Positions 11,969 to 22,660 of a stretch of 64,000 bases of DNA are shown piece by piece. The stretch is from Wickerhamiella versatilis. Lineage: Eukaryota. Each line of letters opens with the position of its first letter. Position 1 is the first letter of the stretch. The stretch is taken from the NCBI GenBank assembly GCA_030867685.1, contig JAQOWU010000001.1, positions 868,001 to 932,000 on the forward strand, written 5' to 3'. The notes beneath the pieces were generated by a model. The model ran no database searches and was not told where the DNA came from. It saw only the letters and a list, made by a program, of their open reading frames with translations. A program made the translations under genes and the position numbers.

Positions 11969-13108
11969 ATGAGTATCACACCGGAGCAGAGATTACAAGA
12001 GTTGCGAGGCAGTGAGAATGAGCCTGCTTTCGTTGCTTCACAGTACAACAAGCGCTTCAGGGTTGCTGTGATTGGTTCTGGGAATTGGGGAACAGCAGTC
12101 GCCAAGATTGTAGCTGAGAACTGCATGGAAAAGCCGTACCTTTTTCATCGGGATGTAAAGATGTGGGTACGTTCAAACGAGATCTCGGATATGAAAATGC
12201 CGGACATCATCAACACGTATCACGAGAATATCAAGTACTTGCCAGGCGTGACGCTCCCCTTCAATCTTTTTGCGTATCCTGATATCAGAGAGGTCGTCAA
12301 GGACGCCGATATCCTGATAATTAACCTGCCACACCAATTTTTGGGCGCGGTTTGTGACCAGCTTAAGGGCATTGACTTCTCCAAAAGTGTAGCCATATCT
12401 TGTCTTAAAGGAATCAACGTATCTGCACAGGGTGTGCATCTTCTGCACGAAGTAATTGAGGACAAACTCGGTTTGCACTGTGGCGTACTCAGTGGTGCCA
12501 ACATTGCGTCGGAGGTAGGACGTGAGCGTTTTTCTGAGACAACGGTAGCATTTCCGCAACCAAAATGGTACGAGGAAGGTGATGCGGATGAGCAGCTCAT
12601 CAAGGAACTGTTCCAAAGGCCCTATTTCCACGTTCAAGTGTCAGACGATGTCTGCGGCGTATCTGTCAGTGGTGCATTGAAAAACGTAGTTGCTATTGGT
12701 GCAGGACTCATTGAGGGGGTAGGATGGGGTGAGAACGCCAAAACTGCCGTCATGCGCCGGGGTCTGTTGGAGATGATAAAGTTCGGAGATGTCTTCTTCA
12801 AAGACAAGTGCCGCATGGAGACCTTCACCACTGAATCTGCAGGTGTGGCAGACTTGATCACATCCTGCTCAGGTGGCCGTAATGCCAGGGTTGGACGTGC
12901 TTTCGCACGGACAGGAAAGCCGATTCATGAGGTTGAGAAGGAGCTCCTGAATGGCCAGTCCGCACAAGGCTTGGTGACTGGTGCGGAAGTCATCGAACTT
13001 TTGGAGGCCTCTGGTAAATTGGATGAATTCCCATTACTCGTGGCTATCAATGATATTGTTAACAACAAATTGCATGTGTCTGAGCTACCGTCGCGTATCG
13101 CAGAGTAA
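11969..13108 (+). CDS. GPD1: Glycerol-3-phosphate dehydrogenase (NAD(P)+)
   Basis: GSGNWGTAVAK, ENIKYLPG, SGANIA, GALKNVVA, ESAGVADLITSCSGGRN, LLNGQSAQG. First ATG at 11969. Confidence 0.96.
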   Translation: MSITPEQRLQELRGSENEPAFVASQYNKRFRVAVIGSGNWGTAVAKIVAENCMEKPYLFHRDVKMWVRSNEISDMKMPDIINTYHENIKYLPGVTLPFNLFAYPDIREVVKDADILIINLPHQFLGAVCDQLKGIDFSKSVAISCLKGINVSAQGVHLLHEVIEDKLGLHCGVLSGANIASEVGRERFSETTVAFPQPKWYEEGDADEQLIKELFQRPYFHVQVSDDVCGVSVSGALKNVVAIGAGLIEGVGWGENAKTAVMRRGLLEMIKFGDVFFKDKCRMETFTTESAGVADLITSCSGGRNARVGRAFARTGKPIHEVEKELLNGQSAQGLVTGAEVIELLEASGKLDEFPLLVAINDIVNNKLHVSELPSRIAE

Positions 13109-14257
13109 TCAGGTACGGAATACGTGGCTCCAGTACGCTATAAAAAATACTAAGTGCATAGTCAATATGATTCGTATAGAGGTTTGCTATCGCTATAATC
13201 TACCTGCTGTAAAACGTATGCATTTTGAGGAGTTCAATCATTGACAAAAAAAAATATTCAAGAGAGTATTTTTTCACTTATATCCCTAGGAGCCAGTCAA
13301 GTCCTTTTGATTTGGATCGTTTCGGCGCCAAAGCAGGTTGCAAAATTATTCTGAAATATGAATAATGCATAACTACTTTTACAATGTTTTGTAGTACAGT
13401 CCTAAGCTTCAGCCTACTCTGTCATAGCCATAGTTACCTTCTCAAATCTCTGTAGTTTTTCTATGGGGTAAGGGAAAATATTCATGTGTTACGTGCTCCT
13501 CAAAGCTCTCGTGAACTAGATTCCCTTTTCCTCTTTGTATGCGGATAGCCCACTAGCGGAAGGTATTGGGGCACATTGTGTCTCGAAAGTGGCACAATAT
13601 AGCCATAGATTTACTCTATTTTATCACATTTGCCTTGTTTCTATTTGCTGGGAACAAAGAAAGAATACCCAGTGCCGCAACTTTGATAAGATTTTAGTAG
13701 CTGAATCATCCACTGATACTGTCGCGATGCAAGATGGCCCACTTCTCTACCTGAGACTGGCTGGAAAATGAGCTATAAAGACGATCAGATGGGAGCAAAG
13801 TATTATTCGTGGTTATTTTGTAACAGTTAACGAGATAACGGTGTCTATAATAGTTGTTGCAGCTATACAACCACTAATGGAGCTGCTTGGAGTCAAGAAT
13901 TTGCTATCCTAACCAAGAAGGTCCCATAATGCTCCGTCCATCAGAAAGCGTAAAAGTGGATACATCATTTACATGACTCGATATTATGCTGTTTTTTAAG
14001 ACATTCTCCATGCCTGCTACCAGGGGCTGAGATATGCTGTAAATTGACCCTGTAGCAGGCGCAGCAACTTTTTTGAGAGTCGCTTGGCATGATTAGCCCA
14101 CATTAGGTGTATTAATCTAGTATTAAGTGCCAGAAGAGCCTGAGAGAAATAGAAGACTTTAGGAATTACAAGACAACATTGGCTGCTCAGAGTTATCCTT
14201 GCCAAGACTTCAGATGGGATTGCGGTTTGAGCAATTAGCCAACCATCTCTGTATTCT

Positions 14258-15997
14258 TTAACTTTGTTGAGAAAGCAATGGCGCATTTAGAAGTAAGCTC
14301 TCATTAGTGGTTGATTTAAGTAATTCAACAATAATATAGCTGCTCGCTAGTGGGTTCAGGTTGCTAGCGAGTAATGTCCGATTTGGCCCGAGGCCCCAAC
14401 CTAATGATCCCCAGGGCTGACCAACTATTCTGCTCATAACTTTAGGGAGAGGGATAGTTATCGTATTATCGATGCTTTCATAGTTCTGATTCACAATTCC
14501 CACCAGCATCTGACTCCCATGAATCCAGTACGCTATGTCTAGCATTGGGTAGCTAGTCAGCTTGATTGGAGATGGCTCCGAAGCTAACAGAAAAATAGAT
14601 ACAGGGGGAACAGCAACCATTCGAGCAAATTTGCTATAGGCCATTCTCAGTTCTGGGCTCGTTGGGAACACCCAACTCATAATTCCTTTTGCCCTATGGT
14701 TAAAGCTGAGACACATCATCGCCCAAGTCTCTTCGGGCGTTGGATCACGACTCCAGTACTGTTCGCCGTTGAAAGCTTGAAGCACGGCCCAGAGTGGTTT
14801 TGGAAATCCACCGACCCATTCCTGATATTTTGAAAATGTGTCAAGTCGATTGCTGACATCCCCCAATTCGCCAGCGCAATTGTCACAGCCACAATCACCA
14901 TAAGTGCTGTTGCATACTGTATTAAACTTTCTTGAAAAACTCACATTGGTTCCGATGGGATAGGCATCTTCCAATATGTAGTCAGCGCCGGATGAATATT
15001 CTTTGAAGTAGTAATTCTCACAGTTCAAGACAAGACCAGTTGGGTGGTAAGGATCTTCCTTCTTTAGTAGTTCGTATGCGGCATATGTACTGTTAAGGGG
15101 GTCCTGCACACCATCCGGCTCATCCGCTGTATACCAGCTTAGCAAGTTTGACCTGTCTCTGACATGAGGAATTTGCTCTCGTACCCAAGTTAGATTAGTA
15201 TACGACCAGCGCATATTGTACTGATACCACAGATTAGACCCATCTAGCCAGTCAAACAGAAAGTTCAGATCATCCCCGTCAAAGGCACAGCCAGGATTAA
15301 TTGCAGTTAGCCCCAGATCATGGTAAGCTGTGACATTCGCAGAACTATAATTCAGATATTGCCAACATCCTGTATAAAAACCGAAAGGTAGTAAAGGCTC
15401 AAATGCATAGTCAGTGGCATTATTAGCCACTAACATGCCACCGTGCAAATTGTCAATTTTTACCATGCTGCCAATGCGCTTTGTAGGTAAGTAAAGAAGC
15501 GACGCAGTAGTAGTAAAAGACTCTCTTAAATTAGCGTCCGAAACGAAACCACAAAGGGTGATCAGGTAAGGATCTAATCGTGGCTCCAGTCCAGTGAAGT
15601 TTATCTCTACTAGGTTGGTTGGAGAGTTTACTGAAATTTGTTCTCTCGCTAATGTAAGATTTGTCTCTTCGATAATGGCGTCGAATGAGAGCCTCACAGA
15701 TGCATTGCTAATGTTAAAGGGCCAAGGCTGACCGTGAATATGAGATAAAGTCGCATCGACCATCAGCTCACCAGTAAATTCATCACTGACATAGATACTA
15801 TGGCGTGTCTCTGCCCTGAAATAAAGCATTGGCTCATTTGAAAAGCGAGGAGGTTCGAATTGACCCCCAGGGTCAATATTTGGTGATCCAGATTCGTAAG
15901 GCTTGCCGCACCACCGCGGAAGCTCTACGACTTCTTCATTGTGTGTATATCCCCAAGATGTACCTAAAATTAAAGCCAGCTGAACTGTCGCTTTCAT
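14258..15997 (-). CDS. Secreted glycoside-hydrolase-like protein of unknown family
   Basis: Signal peptide MKATVQLALILGTSWG and many sequons. TIM-barrel GH-like motifs WYTADEPDG, DAYPIG, WAVLQAF, and Cys cluster YGDCGCDNC. Confidence 0.65.
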   Translation of the reverse strand: MKATVQLALILGTSWGYTHNEEVVELPRWCGKPYESGSPNIDPGGQFEPPRFSNEPMLYFRAETRHSIYVSDEFTGELMVDATLSHIHGQPWPFNISNASVRLSFDAIIEETNLTLAREQISVNSPTNLVEINFTGLEPRLDPYLITLCGFVSDANLRESFTTTASLLYLPTKRIGSMVKIDNLHGGMLVANNATDYAFEPLLPFGFYTGCWQYLNYSSANVTAYHDLGLTAINPGCAFDGDDLNFLFDWLDGSNLWYQYNMRWSYTNLTWVREQIPHVRDRSNLLSWYTADEPDGVQDPLNSTYAAYELLKKEDPYHPTGLVLNCENYYFKEYSSGADYILEDAYPIGTNVSFSRKFNTVCNSTYGDCGCDNCAGELGDVSNRLDTFSKYQEWVGGFPKPLWAVLQAFNGEQYWSRDPTPEETWAMMCLSFNHRAKGIMSWVFPTSPELRMAYSKFARMVAVPPVSIFLLASEPSPIKLTSYPMLDIAYWIHGSQMLVGIVNQNYESIDNTITIPLPKVMSRIVGQPWGSLGWGLGPNRTLLASNLNPLASSYIIVELLKSTTNESLLLNAPLLSQQS

Positions 15998-16290
15998 CAA
16001 TCTCTAAAAGAGAGTAGAGTGCCTGTAGTACAATTTACCTGTGGAGACAACAGCTATTACTAATAGCTACTAAGGTACGCTTTGATCTGTCTATGGATGA
16101 ATGACCCAAATAAGATTGGTTGAAACCAAAAAAAAACGTCTTTATATCTTTATTTAATGGCCATTAGTCGTTCATATATAAATGATTATATCATAAAAGG
16201 TTCTGAGGTTCAATAATACATCGTCATCGGTCCACTTAAGAAAGTGAGGCATATAACCTGTGATAGGAAAGCACATCATAGTGCCCTAGG

Positions 16291-17424
16291 TTATACACTT
16301 TTATCGGGTTTTGATAATTCGTAGGGCACATTCTCATCCTTTCCATAGGACATAATTCGCTGTGTGAAAAATGCCCAGAGCCAACAGGCGAGGCAGAATA
16401 AGTATATAGCCGTGAAAAATATGCACATTATCGTTCCCACCCACTTCACTGCTGGACTATCGAGAACTATTCCACCACGAATTGTAAGGAGAATCCAACC
16501 AACATTAGGAAATATCATTGCAAACCAAGCCAACCGAAAAGTCACCCCACCATCCAGTATACCTCTCAGGGAGGCCAATGCAGCGAGACCGAAGAAGAAA
16601 AAGCACGTCACCCAGCATGACACGCCAACAAAAAGGCCAATAACTTTAAAAATGACACCTGATTCCAGTGTTGAAGTGATAAACGTTGCTGAAAACTTTT
16701 CTGGAGCGGCCTGGCCAAGGGATACGAAGGTAAAGCCTGTGTAGGACATAGGACCAATAAATATGAACATACTTGGGCGCATTGCCGGATGTGGAAGCCC
16801 ATACATCAAAAACCTAACGAACAGAACGGCATACATGATCGTAGACACAATCAAGCCTAAGATCTGAAAAGTGACGCCGCAAATAAGGATTGGCACAGCT
16901 TCATCTGGAGGCTGAGCTTCGATTATTGTCGCAGCAAGAGCGCCAACTAGCATCGAAGGAAGACCCAGCAAGATCCAGCTTGGTGATGCATCCTTCAAGG
17001 TTTCAAAATAAAAGATAAACAGGTATTGGAAGATAAGCTGTAGCACAGACAAAGCTGCATGTAGCCAAAAGAATACACGCATACAGGTTACAAACCAGCT
17101 CCCCACATGGCCATTGGCATACGAGTACATAGCCATCAACACACTGGCCCCGCACATCAAGAAAAAGGGCACGAATGGTGCTTCAGTTCTATGCAAAAAG
17201 GAACGGGCAAAAGATTTGGGGAACAATATTGCCCTCATGATCATAAGAAATGTGAGAATGCATAGCAAGCCGAAATTGAAAAGAAAGACAATGTCGCCTA
17301 TCTCTTCCAACCCTCTAAACCGGTACGGTACCTCCTTAAGTGAAACCGCTATACCACCACCCGAAAGTGTATTGGCAAACTGAGCCCAAGTGAAATGCTC
17401 AACTCGTCTCCAAGAATACCACAT
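16291..17424 (-). CDS. TDT/SLAC1 family dicarboxylate (malate) transporter, Mae1-like; start uncertain
   Basis: EHFTWAQFANTLSGGG, RPSMFIFIGP, WFAMIFPNVG motifs and about 10 TM segments. First in-frame ATG at 17424. A TACTAAC branch site and AAG acceptor lie just upstream. Confidence 0.88.
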   Translation of the reverse strand: MWYSWRRVEHFTWAQFANTLSGGGIAVSLKEVPYRFRGLEEIGDIVFLFNFGLLCILTFLMIMRAILFPKSFARSFLHRTEAPFVPFFLMCGASVLMAMYSYANGHVGSWFVTCMRVFFWLHAALSVLQLIFQYLFIFYFETLKDASPSWILLGLPSMLVGALAATIIEAQPPDEAVPILICGVTFQILGLIVSTIMYAVLFVRFLMYGLPHPAMRPSMFIFIGPMSYTGFTFVSLGQAAPEKFSATFITSTLESGVIFKVIGLFVGVSCWVTCFFFFGLAALASLRGILDGGVTFRLAWFAMIFPNVGWILLTIRGGIVLDSPAVKWVGTIMCIFFTAIYLFCLACWLWAFFTQRIMSYGKDENVPYELSKPDKSV

Positions 17425-18389
17425 CGAGTCCGAGAGTTCCGACAACGGCTCCGAATCTTAAATATGTTAGTAACGGAATTTATTTATTTAGGCAATAAGT
17501 AGTCAGCAAGAGGGGTCCAGGCCAGACATGTTGGATCGAAGCCCGAAGTTTTCATCTAATCTTTGACAATGCATTAGTAATTCAATGTCCATGTGTACCC
17601 ATCCATGATATAGTAATATCTTATTGCTACCTGTATAGAAGTTGCCCTATTGTACTAGCTATTAATATGAACTACTCACTTAATAAACTATCTGCTTGAG
17701 CTAGGCAAACCAAGTGATCTACGTGTTGACATGTTGTAAGGATTCCCTCTCTAGGGAATTGTACGTATTTCAAGGTTCCACATAAAGATTGGTTCTAGCT
17801 TGTTGCCTAGGTTTACAAGTGCATACGTGTGCCGTGAAGTCTTACTAGTTGACCGTAACAGGTTAAGAAAAGCCCGAGATTGACCTGACAATAGGCTTTA
17901 GTAACAGGCGAGAGAACGGGATGTGAAAGCCCCTCTCAGATATTTCTTTAACCAAATCACTGGTTACTTACATAGTATGCCAAACGACTCCTCGTGCTTT
18001 TGTGTCTAATTGATGTTGGCAATACGAATAAGATTTTACAGTTTAATATATCATCTGGCCAGAGGTCGAAAATTTGCTCGAGCCATCTTAGCTAGTATAT
18101 CGGCTGTGTCAATGTCATCGACATAGTTGTTACTCTGGTTGACCAGGATAGCTGGAGAGGGCTCTATAACACTCAAATCAGACGCAAGTAATGCATAGGT
18201 CTTGTTATGGCGATCCGAGAAAGTAATACTAAGAAGCTATCACCCGGTCATCGTTCCACAGAGGTCTGACCGTATTCAGGGTAGCACTCTAGTGTATTTA
18301 AGAGCGTATACTATGAAATTTACGTGATCCATACCTTGAAGAAATCCATGCATCGCATCAGTAATCCATTTTTCTGTTTTTGACTTTAA

Positions 18390-18476
18390 TTTATCACCTT
18401 ATCAATCATCGGTGCTGATAAAGTACAAACAATGACCATTATTATTATATAAGTTGCGGAGCGGGTCGGGGTAACC
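18390..18476 (+). promoter_or_regulatory. Putative promoter elements of the amidohydrolase: GATA sites and CGG cluster
   Basis: TTATC 18391, CTTATC 18398, TGATAA 18416 and CGGAGCGGGTCGG 18457-18469, followed by TATAAA near 18488. Confidence 0.45.
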
Positions 18477-18529
18477 AAACTACTAGTATAAAGTCAGGTT
18501 GTCAGCAAGTTGTTTTAACTATATATCCC

Positions 18530-19690
18530 ATGATTAACTATCTTGAAGAGATAAAAAGTTGGCGCCACTGTCTTCATCAGCACCCTGAGCCCGGTTTTAA
18601 AGAAAATAATACCGCGGCATTTGTAGCGTCCAAGTTGCGTTCATTTGGGCTGGACCAAGTTGTTGAAGGCATAGGAGGAACAGGAGTAGTAGGTGTTCTT
18701 AAATCAGGTACTTCTACCCATTCAATCGCTCTTCGAGCCGATATGGATGCACTTTTACTGAACGAGGATCGCGCGGATTTGGCATATGCGTCTGTAAATA
18801 ATGGTGTCAAACACGGATGTGGACATGATGGTCATATAGCGATGCTTCTCGGTGCGGCAAAGACACTTGCCCTTGAAAAAAACTTTAATGGAACCGTCTA
18901 CTTTGTCTTTCAACCCGCTGAGGAATGGGGATGTGGTGCTGTGAAAATGATTGAAGATGGCCTGTTCCAGCGTTTCCCCATAGAAGAGATCTATGGGATC
19001 CATAATATGCCCTTGCTGGACATCGATACGTTTACTACAAGTGGTGGACCTGTAATGTCTGCAGAAGACAATTTTGAAATAATCCTTCATGGAATTGGGG
19101 GACATTCATCTAGACCTGAAGCGGGACATGAGGTAATGGTTGCCACTTGTGCTTTGGTACTCAGTCTTCAGACAGCCATTTCCCGTCGCGTCAGCCCTAT
19201 GGATCACGCAGTGCTTTCAGTTACAAACCTAACTTCAGATGGCACAAGAAATGTTCTTCCTAGCACGTCTCATATATATGGAGATGTTCGCTCATTTAGA
19301 GAAGAAGTCAGTCAGCTCATTGAAAGAGAAATTTTTACCATGGCAAATGGAATTTCATCCGCTTATGGCGTTACTGCAGAGATCAAGTATACACATGACT
19401 TCAAACCAACAGTGAATGATGAGGTACTTAGCTCCGAGGCTCTCGCTGCCGCTAAAGATGTGTATGGCCTTGAATCTGTGTCGAGACTCGAAGTACCATA
19501 TGCCGCATCAGAGGATTTTGCGCAGTATCTCACACATGTGCCTGGGTGCTTTGCATTTATCGGGAATGGGAGAGATAGCTATCCTTTACATCATCCTCGA
19601 TATGATTTTGCCGATGAAGCACTAGTTAAAGGTTCGAAATACTTTGTAGCTATTACCCGTCAAAGATTGAGTCTCCCACGTAGCGATTAA
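18530..19690 (+). CDS. M20D family amidohydrolase (hippurate hydrolase-like), bacterial type
   Basis: LHQHPE, ALRADMDAL, HGCGHDGH, FQPAEE, GIHNMP, SEDF, LHHPRYDF. Confidence 0.93.
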   Translation: MINYLEEIKSWRHCLHQHPEPGFKENNTAAFVASKLRSFGLDQVVEGIGGTGVVGVLKSGTSTHSIALRADMDALLLNEDRADLAYASVNNGVKHGCGHDGHIAMLLGAAKTLALEKNFNGTVYFVFQPAEEWGCGAVKMIEDGLFQRFPIEEIYGIHNMPLLDIDTFTTSGGPVMSAEDNFEIILHGIGGHSSRPEAGHEVMVATCALVLSLQTAISRRVSPMDHAVLSVTNLTSDGTRNVLPSTSHIYGDVRSFREEVSQLIEREIFTMANGISSAYGVTAEIKYTHDFKPTVNDEVLSSEALAAAKDVYGLESVSRLEVPYAASEDFAQYLTHVPGCFAFIGNGRDSYPLHHPRYDFADEALVKGSKYFVAITRQRLSLPRSD

Positions 19691-19707
19691 GATACCGTCA
19701 TATATCA

Positions 19708-20799
19708 TTATATAGTTGATGCTTCAGATCCCTCAGTTATGATTAGTGCTACCCGTGAGCCAACTTGGTTTAAGCCAAGGAAAGCACTGGCCGTATGATC
19801 GGACAAAAGTACTTCAAAAGCCGCCAAAGTTGCTGAACCACAGGGACCAGCATCTATTCCTTGACCAGCCAATTTTCTTGATGCTTCAATTGCCTGCTCA
19901 TCTGAGATTCGAACAGCTGCAGCGACATGCTTTTCTAAACTCGGCCACGCAATTGAAGAGACTGCACCACAGTTGAGCCCAAACATTCTGGTATATTCCG
20001 TTACGACACTAATGTTTGACCCAGAATTTAGGGAAGTCCACAAACAGGCAGCAGTTTCTGGCTCGACTGATATTATTTTGGCACCTTTTGTGGGTGGATA
20101 ATCTACAATAGCCTGGGCAAGGCTACCAACCCCAACTGGAACAATTACATGACTGGGATTTAACGCTGATAACTCATAGGATATCGTTGAGTAGCCTTTG
20201 ACAATCAGCCGCGGTACCTGCTCGTAACCCACCCAGGCTGTATCCTGGATCAGAAGAGTATCCTCGCTTGTGGTCGCGTGATATTGTGCAGCATAATTCA
20301 CAGCCTCATCATAACTCATATCCAGCTGCTCTACCTCAGCACCCTCTCTACGAATATGATCTATAGGCCCTTGAGCTACTGTAGCAGGAAGAAATATACG
20401 AGATTGAAGACCAACTTTTCTGGCAAACCATGCTACTGCCCGGCCATGATTTCCATCAGTCGTACAAATAAATGTAGGAGAGTTCTTGATAGAGGCCAGT
20501 TTCCGAAGTTCTGCTAATGTTGTTGAGCGTGCATCAAGATGCCAGTGTCTGCATAAATCTTGGAAGCATGCATATGACGCACCGAGTACCTTAAAAGCTG
20601 GAAGTCCAAATCTATCTGTTTCCAGCTTTGCAAAAAGCTCACCCTGAAATGAGACATTTGGAGATATTTTGATTTGTTCTGTGGGATGGTAACCTTCAAG
20701 AATTCTGCGGTGAAAATTCAGGACGGAATCATCGTAAGTTCCATTCAATCCTTCAGTAAACTTTTGATTAATGCATACGGGGCTGAAATTGCTCCTCAT
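19708..20799 (-). CDS. Diaminopropionate ammonia-lyase-like PLP enzyme (fold type II)
   Basis: KLETDRFGLPAFKVLGASYA (PLP lysine), TDGNHGRAVA, IQDTAWVGYE, VPVGVGSLA. Confidence 0.88.
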   Translation of the reverse strand: MRSNFSPVCINQKFTEGLNGTYDDSVLNFHRRILEGYHPTEQIKISPNVSFQGELFAKLETDRFGLPAFKVLGASYACFQDLCRHWHLDARSTTLAELRKLASIKNSPTFICTTDGNHGRAVAWFARKVGLQSRIFLPATVAQGPIDHIRREGAEVEQLDMSYDEAVNYAAQYHATTSEDTLLIQDTAWVGYEQVPRLIVKGYSTISYELSALNPSHVIVPVGVGSLAQAIVDYPPTKGAKIISVEPETAACLWTSLNSGSNISVVTEYTRMFGLNCGAVSSIAWPSLEKHVAAAVRISDEQAIEASRKLAGQGIDAGPCGSATLAAFEVLLSDHTASAFLGLNQVGSRVALIITEGSEASTI

Positions 20800-20926
20800 A
20801 ATTATGCGCGAACTTTCCTACAAATGGAAAGTGAAGCGACTTTATATCTTTTTCAGCAGAGATACCGGAGCGGCGCGGTCGGAGTAGATTGATCTATGCG
20901 CTGAGTAAGATGTCATCTTGGATGGC
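20800..20926. promoter_or_regulatory. 127-bp divergent promoter with four CGG triplets (candidate Zn2Cys6 site)
   Basis: CGG at 20866, 20871, 20876 and 20880 (CGGAGCGGCGCGGTCGG) between the divergent DAP lyase and Zn2Cys6 genes. Confidence 0.5.
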
Positions 20927-22660
20927 ATGAAAGAGCCGAGCCCAAGCACGTATTCTTCTGGTGCTATCCGTAGAATTCGCAATGGCGCTGCTTGTATCAG
21001 ATGTCGAAAAAATAAACGTCGCTGTGATGGCCAGAGACCTTGCAGTGCTTGCAAAAGAAATGATTATGAATGCAATTATAACTCTACTTTGAACCGCCCA
21101 GAAAATCGAAGTCGGAAGAAAGAGTTTGCTGGAACACAAGACTTAGTTGAAACACCAGTGAAGACTCAGACTCATGGGTCTAGCAACCAGGAACATCCTA
21201 TATTGGCCTTTACTAGGATAGGGATTGAGCTACCTTCTCATGGACGATGTGATCAGGGAGGGGAACCTTTGAAGGAAGAGTTAGCAGACGCAATATCAAG
21301 CTCGAAATCATTTCAAAGGCTTTTGGAGAGATTAGAGACAGCCAATATACCGAGAATCCAGCCTCCTTCTTTTAATTTAGGACTTGCCGGTGCGCAATAT
21401 CAGCTGACTGACAGTTCACTTGCAATCTCATCTTCTATTTCATTTGAGCAGCTTCAATTATTCAGTGGTGTTTATTTTGAGAAAATAAATCCTGTTTACG
21501 GTCTTGTTCGTCGAGAACAATTCGACTTCTTCGTTTCCTATATTTACGGACAACACGGAGATGATTCGGCAATTGCATCCAAGGAAATTGACAATTATAA
21601 TCCAGTTATTTGTGGGGTTGTCGCTCTTGGGTGTCTCTTTTCACGTAAAAACTATGAAGTCAGTGACGAGATCAGGGATATGATAGAAAGGAAGGTTCTT
21701 GCTATAACCCAAGAGCAGCTCGATAGTCCTCAGGCGACTGATTTAATTGAAGCTGATAGCTCAGGTGTTTTTTGTGTTATTTCTTGGATGCTGCGTACAA
21801 TATACTTGAGGTGCACTTCCTCCCCTCTCAGCACTTGGGTGGCATGTTGCCGGTCGGCGAACATAGCAAGTTTTGTAAAATTGAATGATGAGAGAAAATG
21901 GAGTTCGTTAAAACAAGATACAAATCACTTAAGACACCTTTTTTGGTCCCTGGAAATATTTAATACCTGGCTTTCCATAGAGATAGCACAGCCGAAGGCA
22001 AGCTTTCTTTATGTTACATGCCAGTACCCAATCGCTGTGGACGAAGAAGATGTGAACCCTGGACTGGTGGAATTATATGATAAGACAAAGGATGCATTTG
22101 TCACGGGAGATATCGAACCGGAGCAATGCTACAGTGCTCTTTATAGTTTACTGAGATTCAAGTCTTCTCATCCTGTAATCTCCATGGACCATGGATATCT
22201 GGCGATTATCTTATTCCGCCGCATAAAAGTGTTTAATATGAGCGAGACCACCTTAAGTGGTCTGATGAAAACAGCATTGGAGTCACTTACTAGTTGTGAA
22301 GAGCTTGCTAGAAGGGGAGAACCTTGGTGGCAAACGATAAATGTTCCTTTCCACCTCTTAACAATGGTAATCATGGCCGAAAAGCCAAGATTCACCCTGG
22401 AAATTCCAAACATCCTTGAAAGTATGGTTTCAGTAGGGCGAGAGTTTTGCACGAAAGAAGTCTCTAATGCAATATGCATCGCCCGAGAACTCATCAATAT
22501 TTTGAGGATGCTTAAAGAGAAAGAGATGCTAGCCCTGTCTAGAGGTATATCAAAAGCAGATGAAGCGTTGAGCCGAGACAAGCCTGAAACAGCATCCGAA
22601 AACCTCGATCCAAGCCTGCTACTTAATGAGCTACTTATGATGAATGAATTTTATGCCTAG
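20927..22660 (+). CDS. Zn2Cys6 transcription factor with fungal-specific TF domain
   Basis: ACIRCRKNKRRCDGQRPCSACKRNDYEC, YFEKINPVYG, RHLFW. First ATG at 20927. Confidence 0.92.
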   Translation: MKEPSPSTYSSGAIRRIRNGAACIRCRKNKRRCDGQRPCSACKRNDYECNYNSTLNRPENRSRKKEFAGTQDLVETPVKTQTHGSSNQEHPILAFTRIGIELPSHGRCDQGGEPLKEELADAISSSKSFQRLLERLETANIPRIQPPSFNLGLAGAQYQLTDSSLAISSSISFEQLQLFSGVYFEKINPVYGLVRREQFDFFVSYIYGQHGDDSAIASKEIDNYNPVICGVVALGCLFSRKNYEVSDEIRDMIERKVLAITQEQLDSPQATDLIEADSSGVFCVISWMLRTIYLRCTSSPLSTWVACCRSANIASFVKLNDERKWSSLKQDTNHLRHLFWSLEIFNTWLSIEIAQPKASFLYVTCQYPIAVDEEDVNPGLVELYDKTKDAFVTGDIEPEQCYSALYSLLRFKSSHPVISMDHGYLAIILFRRIKVFNMSETTLSGLMKTALESLTSCEELARRGEPWWQTINVPFHLLTMVIMAEKPRFTLEIPNILESMVSVGREFCTKEVSNAICIARELINILRMLKEKEMLALSRGISKADEALSRDKPETASENLDPSLLLNELLMMNEFYA

